NCBI RefSeq assembly: GCF_963921235.1
Contig: NC_086097.1
Location: forward strand, 31,188,001-31,252,000
Direction: 5' to 3'
Length of the DNA: 64,000 nt
Origin: Mobula hypostoma
Lineage: Eukaryota
Below are positions 53,201 through 64,000 of the stretch, piece after piece (the first letter of the stretch is position 1; the number at the start of each line of letters is the position of its first letter). The position numbers and the translations under genes are program-made. Below the pieces are notes generated by a model, which saw only the letters and a list, made by a program, of their open reading frames with translations, did not search any database and had not been told where the DNA came from.

Positions 53201-56200
53201 TGTATGCAAGTGTTTCACTGCACCTCAGTATATCTGACAATAATAAACCAACGTACCACTCTTCCTTCCTTTCAACTCTGCTCACGAGGAATAACCATGG
53301 CACTACAGGATGTCAATAAAAGGGTTAATGCATTCGGGTAGAGAATCAGAATTGTGGCAGAGGTGGGGAGTTAACAGTTGGCTTAGTGCCACGAAGACGT
53401 TTCATTAATTACTTCTTTCTTCAATGGATATGGTGTAACCACAAACCCACTGACTTTTTTTTTAAACATACTTCAAAAACCTGAGTAGAAATTTTAAAAT
53501 AGATTTAAAAACGTTTTATAGATTCTTTTACAAAGAAACATTTTTTAAAGGCTTTACCAATTCAGAATCACTTTGATAATTCCTGAGGTCCTCCTTCATG
53601 TCACAGGCAAAAGGTTTTAGTTTTTCTCAAAAGCAAGCAACTCTCTACAAGAAGAACATGCTTTCTTCAGGCCATGTGAAATGAGCAACCACACCTATGC
53701 TCAACGATGTGACCCCTGGCACCAGGTAACTCACTCATAGATCCATTTTTGGCCAATGCAAATATTATGATCATGAACACAAAAGATTCTGCAGATGATG
53801 GAAATCCAGAGCAACACACGTACACAATACTGGAGGAACTCAGCAGGTCAAGCAGCATCTACAGAGGGAAGTAAACTGTCAAAGTTACAGGTCAAGAAGG
53901 GTCTTGGCCTGAAATGTCAAAAGTCAAAGTAAAATGTACAGGTTAGGGTTAGTAAATTGTTGGGGTTCGGGTTACAGGTTAGGATTAGTACATTGGCACT
54001 GGAAGCGTGGCGACTCTTACAGGCTGCTCCAGGCACATCCTCAGATTGTGTTGTTTGTTCACGCAAACAATGTATTTCACTGTATGGTTCAATGTCCACT
54101 TGAAAAATAAAGCTAATCTCTTTAATCTTTTACTGCACTGAAGCGTCAGTTTAGATTCCATCATGAGTCTGTGGATTGTGGCTTGAACTCATGATCACTT
54201 GGTTCAGAGGGGAACACATTTTCAAGTGATTCAAATCAACACAAAGTATTGAGAACAAACACTCCCCTTTTGGAACCATTCTTGAGGAGATTTTTGGATG
54301 AACAGGGAGAAAAGAAAAGGAATTTCATTTTGCACCAACACCAGAGATTCTGTAGATGCTGGAAATCCAGAGCAACACACAAAAAATGCTGGAGGAACTC
54401 AACAGGTCAGGCAGCATCTATGGAGAGGAACAGTCGACGTTTCAGGCCAAGACTCTTTACCAGGACAGATTATTTTGATTAAAAACAAATTAGTGAAGAT
54501 ATTTGCGATAGTGTAATTATCTGCTGCTGTGCCAATTATTTTCTCTATACCTTGTCCGATTATATAAAAAAGTTTTTAAAAAAAATTAGATTCTGCCGTT
54601 CCCAGCATTAAATCCAGTTCTTTATCCCATCAGACGAAGCACAGGAATATAAAATTTACTGATAGGAGCAAGTTTTCATGGAGTTTACAGTAGAGTCTGG
54701 AGTTCAAGACTCTAAATTATAACATCCAGCTGTGGTAAATCAAAGGAACAATTTCAACAGCAACTTGCTTTGCAGCCCTGTATCTTAAACCAGTTTCTCG
54801 TCTGTGAGTCAGATCTAATGGCTTCCATTCGTTCATGCTTCAGAACCACAATTATCAGGATTCCACGCTGTGGTAACATGCTTAACAAGACTTAAAATAG
54901 TTCAGATCTGACGACAATAAAACCCACTGGAGAAATCAGGATATAAGCCGGATTCAAGTTGAGGCAGGCATGTCAGCTATTTAAATCTTAAATTACTTCC
55001 CAACTTCCACCATTCGTTGAGATTAAGGCTCATCATTTATCTCAGTACCACTTTCCTGCACTGACTGCATCCGCTTAATATTCACAATAGGTAGATGTTA
55101 TAAACCAGAGAGACCTGGGGTAAAGTGGGGGCACGGGTAGATAAGGTGGTGAAAATGGTGTCTGACAGGATGGCCTTCATCAGTCAGGGAACTGAATACA
55201 AGAGTAGGTACCATACAAAATTTAAAGATTTACTCTATTTGTCACATGTACATCAATGCATACAGTGATATAGGTCATTTGCATCAACAACCAACACAGT
55301 TCAAACATGAACTATGGGTACCCACAACTGTCGACATGCTTCCAGTATCAACATAGCATGCTTTAACCCTTACATCTTTGGAACGTGGGAGGAAACCCGA
55401 AGGAAATTCACACAGTCACGGGAGAATGCACAAACTCTTTATAGTCAGCAACAGGAATTGAACTCCAATTGTTGATCACTGATGCTGTAAAAGCATTACC
55501 CTAGCCGCTACACTACCATGCAAGACTTTAGGAAGACTACAATTAGTGTCTTGTGCACAGTTCTGATTGCCTAATTCCTTAACAAGGAATGAATCTGGTG
55601 AACCTTCATTACAATCTTTCTCTCACTGTATTAGAAGACCAACACAGTAAGAGAAATACTCACCAAAACCCTATGTAATTTCAGTCAGGCATCTTGTTTT
55701 CAAATCCTCTCATAATAAAGGCCAACATACCATTTGCCGACTTTGAGTGGTAATTGGAAAAAGGCGGCAGATGGATTCATGGTGCACTTATCCAATTCTC
55801 AGCCATCATCACTGACACATCTTTCCAAAGCATTAAGACCATAAAACACAGGAGCAGAATTATGTTATTCAGCCCATCAAATCTGCTCCCCATTTAATCG
55901 TGGCCGATTTTCTTTTTAAATCCCATTTTCCCACATTGTCCCATAACTTTAAATCCCTTACCAATCAAGAACCTACGACAGTGTGTACAGCTCCAACCCC
56001 ATGTACAAGTTGGCTGATGACACCACTGTTGTGGGTTGTATCAAAGGGGGTAATAAATCTGCATACAGGAGGGAGACTGAAAACTTGGCTGAGTGGTGTA
56101 ATAACGATAACCTCTGACTCAGAGTCGAGGAACTGATTGTAGATTTCAGGGGAGGGAAACCAGAGGTCCATGAGCCAGTAATCATCAGAGGATCTGAGAT

Positions 56201-58510
56201 GGAGAGGGTCAGTAACTTTAAATTCCTGGGTGTCACTAGTTCAGAGGACTTGTCCTGGACCCATCATATAAATATAATTGCAAAGAAAGCATGGCAGCGC
56301 CTCTACTTCCTCGGGGGTCTGCGGAGATAAGTGGTGGAAAGTGTGCTGACTGGCTGCATTACAGCCTGTTTTTGGGAACACCAATGCCTTTGATAGGAAA
56401 ATCCTACAAAAGGTAGTGGATTCAGTCCAGTACATCATGGGTAAACCCAACTATTGAGCATATCTACATGAAACATTGCTGTAGAAAAGTGGCATCCATC
56501 ATCAAAGATCCTCACCACCAGGTCATGCTCTCTTCTCGCTGCTGCCATCAGGTAGAAGGTACAATTGCCTCAGGACTCACTCCACCTGGTTCAAGAACAG
56601 TTACTACCCCTCAACCATCAGGTTCTTGAACAAAAGGGAATAATCAAACTCATTTAAGGACTCTTACCTTGTTATTTCATGCTCGTTATTTATTGTTATG
56701 TATTTATATCTGCATTTGCAGTTTGTTGTCCGTTGTTTAGTTACTGTTCTATAGATTTGCTAAGTATTCCCGCAGAAAAAGAATCTTGGGGTTTAATGTG
56801 GTGACATGTATGTATACTGATAATAAATTTTACTTCGAACTTTGATCCTATCAATATAGCCTTAAATACACCCAATGAATTGGCCTCCACAGCTGTCTGA
56901 GGTAAAGAATTCCAGACTCACCACCCTGTAGCTTAAGAAATTCCTCTTCGCCTCTGTTCTAAGGGACATCCCTTATTCTGAGGCTGTGCCCTCTGACCTT
57001 AAATTCTCCTACTGATGGAAACATCTATCCACATCCACTCTCTTCAGGCTTTCAGTATCCAGTAGGTTTCAAACAGACATCCCCACCATCCTGATCAACC
57101 CTCAGGATGCAGATCATAAAGTTGATAGAATCTATCCTATTAATTACTTCTTAAATAATTTCAGTTCTTCATTTTCTCCTATGCCAGCTGTCCACCATTT
57201 CCAGGAAATGTTTATATCTTCTATGAATAAGGTCAGAAAATACATCTGCCCCTTTTTTATTCCCAATACAATTTCACCTATGTTAATCTGTAAGTAATCT
57301 GCTTTGATTTATAATTGTTTTACATTTTTGTGGAAACTTTTACAGTTTGTTTTTAATTTTCTTTATAGATTATGCTAATCTACTTTCCCTTTCCTTATCA
57401 TTGCAAAGGTCAAAATCGAGTTTATTATCATATACGCAAGTACATATGTGCACAGAAAGAGAACTGACTTGCAGCAGTGTCACAGGCACAATGCATCATA
57501 TAAGCATTTACAATAAAAACATAAATTATACACCATTTATGCAAGAAAGAACTTAACTGGAACATAAGAAAAAAGTTTCATTTTACTGCAATGTAGTCAG
57601 AGTGTTGCCAAGCTGAAGTGATTAGGATTTTGCCAGTTTGTTCAAAAACCAACTGGTTGAAGAGACAAGGCTGTTCTTGACCCTTTGCTGAATTAGGATA
57701 GGTTCCCAAATTACAAGCTTATTGCTTTTTTTGGCAACATGAAAATCTTTTTTCTTTGATCTAAAATTATGCTCAACTTGTTCTGCTGACCATGACAGCT
57801 TCTTTTTCTATGTTTTGGTGCCTTATAGGGATATATGTGTACAATAAACTAAACAGCAAATCTTTAAATGTTAGCCTTTCCTTATTTACTTTCATGATGT
57901 AATTTTCATTATTGTCGAGACATGCTGCAGTTTGCTTATTTGAATTTAAAGACTCTCGTTAGGTTTGAACTTTTCTGCATTCTATTCCTGTTTTCCCATT
58001 GTACTATCTTCGACGTACTGATGTACGGAATGATCCAACTCGATGACACGCAAGCAAAAGCTTCTCAGTGTATCTCGGAACATGGGACAATGGAAAACAA
58101 ATTAACAATGTTATTAAGTATTTAAGATTGTGTGAGGCACAGATAGTAAAGATATTTTTTCCCTTAGTGGGGTTATGAAAAACAAGAAGCCGAATGTTTT
58201 AAGGTGAAGAGCGGCATGGCAGGTGTAACACTTTACAGTGCCAATGACTGGGGTTCTATTTCCACCGCTGTCTGTAAGAACTTGGCATGTTCTCCCTGTG
58301 ACTGCATGGGTTTCCTCCCACATTCCAAAGACATATGGGTTAGGGTTAGTAAGTTGTGGGCATGGCATGTTGGCGGCAAAAGCATGGTGACAATTGCAGT
58401 CTGCCCCTAACACATATTCAAATTATTTTGGTCATTGATGCAAATGACGCATGTCACTGTATATTTTGATGTACCTGTAACAAATAAAACTAATCTTTTT
58501 ATCAACAAGG

Positions 58511-58781
58511 TGTTGGTGTGTGGCCAAGTGGTTAAGGCGTTCGTCTCGTGATTTGAAGGTCACTAGTTCGAGTCTTGGCAGCGCGTGTGTCCTTGAGCAA
58601 GGCACTTAACCAAACATTGCTCTGCGACGACACCAGTGCCAAGCTGTATGGGTCCTAATGCCCTTCCCTTGGACAACTCGGTGGGGTGGAGAGGGGAGAC
58701 TTGCAGTATGGGCAACTGCTGGTCTTCCATACAACCTTGCCCAGGCCTGCGCCCTGGAAACCTTCCAAGGCACAAATCCTA
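58511..58781 (+). mobile_element. tRNA-derived SINE with a CORE-like central motif and 13-bp TSD
   Basis: A box TGGCCAAGTGG, B box AGTTCGAGTC, motif GTGTCCTTGAGCAAGGCACTTAACC. TTTATCAACAAGG at 58498-58510 and 58782-58794. Confidence 0.85.
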
Positions 58782-60995
58782 TTTATCAACAAGGAGTTTT
58801 GAAGGGGATCTAAAGACCAAGTTTATTCCTTTACATAAAGTGATATCTAGATGTGCTGTCAGAAAACATGATGGAATCATATATTTGGACAGGGCACTAA
58901 TATAGTCATAGTCATAGTCGTACTGTGGTCTGCCAGTCAGGTAATCAATAATCCATGACACCAGGAAAGCATCCACCTGCATAGCTGTCAGCTTCTCCCC
59001 CAGCAGAGCAGGGCGGATGGTGTTAATACGCAAGGCATAGAAGGTTACGAATCTAAAGCAGGCAAAAGTGATTAGTGTAGATGGACAGCAAGATCGACAT
59101 GAACACAGTGGGCCAAAGGGCCTGCTTCTGTACTGTACAAATCTACAACTTTCAATCTTCACATAAAATTTTTCATCACCAAGTTTAAATCCCACTAGAG
59201 CTCAAATTTTGGCTGGATCTCCTGAAACTAATGAATGTCTACAAATATACTACTTGCATCAAGGTCTGGTACAACAATTTGAATGCAGGACATAAGATGT
59301 TGTAGAGAATAGTGGACTCAGTCCAACACATCACGGGCATATCCCTCCCTAACACCAGTAGTATCTGAAGGAAGTGCTGGCTCAAGACGACAACATCCAT
59401 CATCAAAGATCCCCACTATCCAGGCAAGAGCACTTCTTACAGCTACCATTGGGCAGGAGGTACAGAGGCCTGAAGTTCCACACTACCAGATTCAAGAACA
59501 GCTACTTCCCTTCAACCATTTGCTTCTTAAACCAACTGGCACAATCCTAATCACTATAATTTAGCAACACTATGACAATTTTTGATAACTTTACACTTTG
59601 ATTTTTTGTTACAATCCTGTTTTCTTGTGAATGCTGCTTATCTGATGTTGTGTGCCTGTGACGCTGCTGCAAGTGTTTAACTGCACCTGTGTATATAGTA
59701 CATGCACTTCTACAAATAACAATAAATTTGACTTATTTAATTCATTTACTTAGTTGAAAACACGTCACTCCTGACCCCAAGGGACCTACAAAAGAATCCC
59801 CACCCAACAGTGTTCAATGTAGAGTTTCAGGTCATTATTCCTGTGACTCATTTTCATCCACCTCCCTGTTACATCCACACACAACACATCAATTTTAGCC
59901 ACAGGCTCTCTTTGCTGACTTACCCATTTGGTTCTGGATCCACCTGCCATACACCTCTTACCTTATTGTTACTATTCTCACCTCTATTACTTATCAGATT
60001 ACAACAGTGGTAGCCCTTTGTGTTACTCCCTCCAGCAGCTATCTTCACCTTCAACCTCCCCTCTTCCCTTTCACTTCAACCATCTCTTTTTTTGTCTGCC
60101 TCCATCTATCACCCACTGGTTTTGGTCTCTCAACTCCAATCCTCCCCTTACCCTACTGGGCTCAATCTGCCAAAATATCCATCACTTCACCCTCCCTAGT
60201 CCACCTATCATCCTGGTGCTCCTCTGCATCTTTTCTCTACACTGGCTGTGCTGACCTTTTAACCTACTCAAGATCCATTTAACTCTTTCCTCCATTTTTC
60301 TATCATCCATATGCCTATCTAAGAGTTTCTTAAATGTCCCTAATGTATCTGCCACTATCACCGCCCTTGGCGGTGTGTTCCACACACCACTCTGCAAAAA
60401 CCTACCTCTGACATCCTCCTATACTTTCCTCCAATCATCTTGAAATTACGCCCTCTCACATTAGCCACTTTCACCCTGGGAGAAAGTCTCTGACTGTCTG
60501 TTCAATCGATACTTCTAATTAATTTGTACACTTCTATCAAGTCATCTTTCATTCTCCTTCGCTTCAAAGAGGAAAGCCTTTTCTCACAAAACCCAGTAAT
60601 CTTGAAAATCTGCTTGTTCAGCATCAAAGTCTCAAGTATGCTGGTTTATCAGAGATTTACTGATTTATTTTTCAATCCCAGAAAGAGGACTCTGCCGGCC
60701 GAGCCATCAATGGTCACCTTGGCTAACTGTCCTTGAGAACATGGTGGTAAGCTGCCTTCCTAAATAGCTGCATCGTGCTGTTAGCTGGAGAGTTAAAGCA
60801 TTTAGTTTCAAAAAGTCGTTGATTCATTGAATCTCACACAGTCTTTTTCCCAGGGTAGGGGAGTCTAAGATTTAAGATTAACTTCATTGTCACATGTAAA
60901 TCGAAACATATAGTGAAAGGCATCATTTGCGTAAATGACCAACATAGTCCAAAGATGTGCCAGAGGCAGCCCACAAGTGTCGCCATGCTTCTGGC

Positions 60996-62557
60996 CATTT
61001 ATTTATTTTTTTTACCAACCATTGCTTTGAGGAGGAAATTAATTTTTTTAAATACAGCCTGAAAACTGCACAATACTTTAAATGTTCTTATGTAATATGC
61101 ATACTAATATTTATTTCATTCTAAATATGAATATTTAGAATGAAAAATTTAAAATCACATTATAATTTATTTATTAATTGAAGGGCATAATGAAATAGAG
61201 CACCAAGAAAATCTTTCACATTTTGTAAACCTTTTCCTCATCTGCATTTTATTATAAATCTATTGTCTATTAACACTGTCCAGATTAATTTTGCATCCAG
61301 ATGAAAGATATCTGTTTCTCGATTTACATTTGACTGAATTCATAAAACCAAATCCACATTTACGGTCAGCACTAGAAGCTTGATATGTTCCAGCGGTGTC
61401 AACAAGAATTAACAGTTCTTCAAATCTTTCATTTCTAAGCATATAGTTCAAATATCAGTGAATGTCTTAATTTAACCAGTCTTAACTTTCTCAGAAACAA
61501 CATATTTGAAATCATATTATTGCTACGATATTTTTGAGGTGATGCTTTTGTTGTAGTTCGTAATAGCTGAGTGTTTTTTTAATCAGTCAACAACATTCTC
61601 TTTTCCAGATTCTCTTAACTCATTGCCAGGAAATCTATTATCCAAGTGATTATACACACGTTGATTGAATCAAGTAATAGCTGCAATATTGACGTCAGAA
61701 CTCATAGATGCAAACAGATCTTTCACAATGTTACTCCAATAAACAATATTGCCAAGATAATGTGAGCATAACTTGTTAATTTTTGCTTTTGCATACTGCA
61801 GTGCTTCAATTGTATTCAAACAGCTTTTCAGTAGGAATCTACAAAGAGATTGCAGATCTCCTAAAACATCGTTAATGCTACTCAATATGGTGGATTGATC
61901 AAAATCTTCAGTTGATGATTTGGATCGTTACATTCATTAACTTGTTTTTTGCAATACAGGATCAAAACTTCGTAATTCCTTACAAAAATGTAATGGCAAA
62001 ATGTCTTGACTGCCATTCTATTTTGTTTAGTGGCCTAAATGACACGACAACACATTCTGTGATATTAGCTCATTCTTCTAGCTTTCTTTTTCTTAACCAA
62101 TGATCTGCTGAACAATGTATACACTGCTTGTAACAATGTTGTAACTTGAAACACAGACAATGTAAATACTGTAAACACAAGGAAATCTGCAGATGCTGGA
62201 AATTCAAGCAACACACACGGTGGAACGCAGCAGGTCAGGCAGCATCTATAGGAAGAGGTACAGTCGACGTTTCGGGCATTTTGTGTGTGTTGAATGTAAA
62301 TACTATATGTTGAATGTAAATACTATATTTCAAAGTAAAGATTGTGGTATATTTATTATTAAGGATTATATTCATTAACATAATTATTTACAGGGTATTT
62401 CACAATTATATTAACATAGATATTAAAATTATATTAATTAATTTCAATATTACATAATTATATAGAAGAAAATTCCAGCTGTGCAGCAAAGGCTACGTGC
62501 AGGGGAGCATTGCAATTACTGCGCAACCATGCATCCTGCAGCTCAGAGAGAACAATG
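60996..62557 (-). mobile_element. Decayed hAT-superfamily DNA transposon
   Basis: Minus-strand relics IHCSAD (HCxxH-like), FRPLNKIEWQSRHFAI (RW-like) and QASSADRKCGFGFMNSVKCKSRNR (hAT dimerisation-like). 8-bp TSD CTTCTGGC/CTTCTGGG at 60988-60995 and 62558-62565 splits a V-SINE. Confidence 0.75.
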
Positions 62558-63586
62558 CTTCTGGGGCCAATATAGCATGCCTACAACTTACTAAGCCACA
62601 TGTCTTTGGAATGTGGGAGGAAACTGGAGCATGCAGAAGAAACCCACATAGTCACAAGGAAAACATACAAACTCCTTACATACACTGGTGGGAATTGAAC
62701 CCTGTTCGCTGGAGTTGTAAAGTATTGTACAAAGTGCTATTTTACTCTGCCTTCTTCATAACCCTGTCTACCTAAGACACTATTAGCTAAATCTGTGAAC
62801 TTTCTTGCACAGGTGCAGAGGGTCACTAGGAATCCTCAAAGTTACAGTGTAGATGCATATATTATCCAGTTTGCTCCAAAGAAAAACACCCTAGCTTTAT
62901 CAACCTTTTCTCATAAGCCCTGGCTCCAGCACTTCGAACTTCCCGGCGCACCCCTTGCACATCTCCATCATGCTCATGTACGCAGGAGCCAGGATGGTCA
63001 CCTGTTCCCCACCAGGCTCCTGTAGCAAGATAGACAGTAAATCCTTTGGGAAGAGGAAGAGAAGAGAAGGCAGAGTTAATGGTAGAGACCTTTAACTTCT
63101 CCCAAGCATCCTCATCTAGATCAAAGCTCTCCCTACCTGGTCCAGAAACTGTGGGGAATCCTGGGGATATCAAGGACACCTTCGGGTATCAAGAAGGCAA
63201 CATCCATCATGAAGGTCCCTCCCCATCCAGGGTGTGCCCTCTTCGCATTACTACCACCAGGGAGGAGATGCAGGAGTCTGAAGACTGACACTCAATGTTT
63301 TAGGAACAACTTTTTCCCCACCGCCATCTAATGTCTGAATGGTCCATGAACACTAACTTGTTATTCATCTTTTGCGTTTTATGCATTGCACAAAACAACA
63401 AATTTCACAACATACGTCAGTGATAGTAAGCATACTCCTGATTCAGACAGTCACAACTTCTTACAGAAGAGTAGTCTGTGAGGTCAAATGCAAGAGGCTG
63501 CAAAGAATAGCAGGCACAGCCCTCCCCACTACTGGCTGCATCTACAGGTGACACTGCCTCAGACAGGCAACATCTATCACCAAGTA

Positions 63587-63809
63587 ACACACATCAAAGT
63601 TGCTGGTGAACGCAGCAGGCCAGGCAGCATCTATAGGAAGAGGTGCAGTCGACGTTTCAGGCCGATACCCTTCGTCAGGACTACGAAGGTCTCGGCCTGA
63701 AACGTCGACTGCACCTCTTTCTATAGATGCTGCCTGGCCTGCTGCGTTCACCAGCAACTTTGATGTGTGTTGCTTGAATTTCCAGCATCTGCAGAATTCC
63801 TGTTGTTTG
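63587..63809. mobile_element. Penelope-derived fold-back (hairpin) element with 16-bp TSD
   Basis: Near-perfect inverted repeat about 63581-63776; CATCTATCACCAAGTA at 63571-63586 and 63810-63825. Confidence 0.9.
63646..63682 (-). ncRNA. Minimal type I hammerhead ribozyme motif
   Basis: Minus strand AGTC-CTGACGA-AGG gtatcgg CCT-GAAA-C-GTC-GACT(G): complete CUGANGA/GAAA/GUC core, stem I AGTC:GACT, stem II AGG:CCT, vestigial stem III. Confidence 0.7.
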
Positions 63810-64000
63810 CATCTATCACCAAGTACTGTATTCCCCAACATCCAGGTCATGCCATCTTCTCACAGCTACTATTGGGCAGGAGGTACAGAAGTCCAGAATC
63901 CCACATTACCAGAGTTGAGAAACAGCTACTTTCCTACAACCATAAGGTTCTTGAACTGATCTGCACAACTAACCAGCAATAGAACAGTATTTCTTGCATT

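Noticed and set aside
63542..63982. Mirror-image ORFs on both strands (LLVNAAGQAASI...)
   Set aside because: Produced by the palindromic element; not protein-coding evidence.

Overview
Vertebrate genomic DNA, not microbial. The repeat content (V-type SINEs, CR1, Rex/Babar and Penelope elements) suggests a cartilaginous fish, most likely a ray; this taxonomy is inference. The whole window lies inside the minus-strand gene BRF1 (TFIIIB subunit). Only two small BRF1 exons are present: 48868-48899 (32 nt, HMLLDLSDLLQ) and 25507-25579 (73 nt, [24 protein letters not shown]). A complete BTBD6 gene (BTB-BACK-PHR) is nested on the plus strand in the BRF1 intron after the 73-nt exon, with a CpG-island promoter and coding exons at about 12727-16206. 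The rest is mostly transposable elements, often nested: CR1 LINEs (one young, near-intact), Rex/Babar LINEs, Penelope elements, three tRNA-derived SINE types, Tc1, Tigger/pogo and hAT relics. Main findings: (1) a family of short Penelope-derived hairpin elements with target-site duplications (TSDs), one copy (63587-63809) carrying an intact minimal hammerhead ribozyme core; (2) a U12-type branch point before the 32-nt BRF1 exon; (3) a Tigger deletion derivative that keeps an open DNA-binding-only ORF; (4) a clustered E-box enhancer candidate. Repeat boundaries without a stated TSD or terminal inverted repeat (TIR) are approximate, and family names come from recognised motifs, not database searches.
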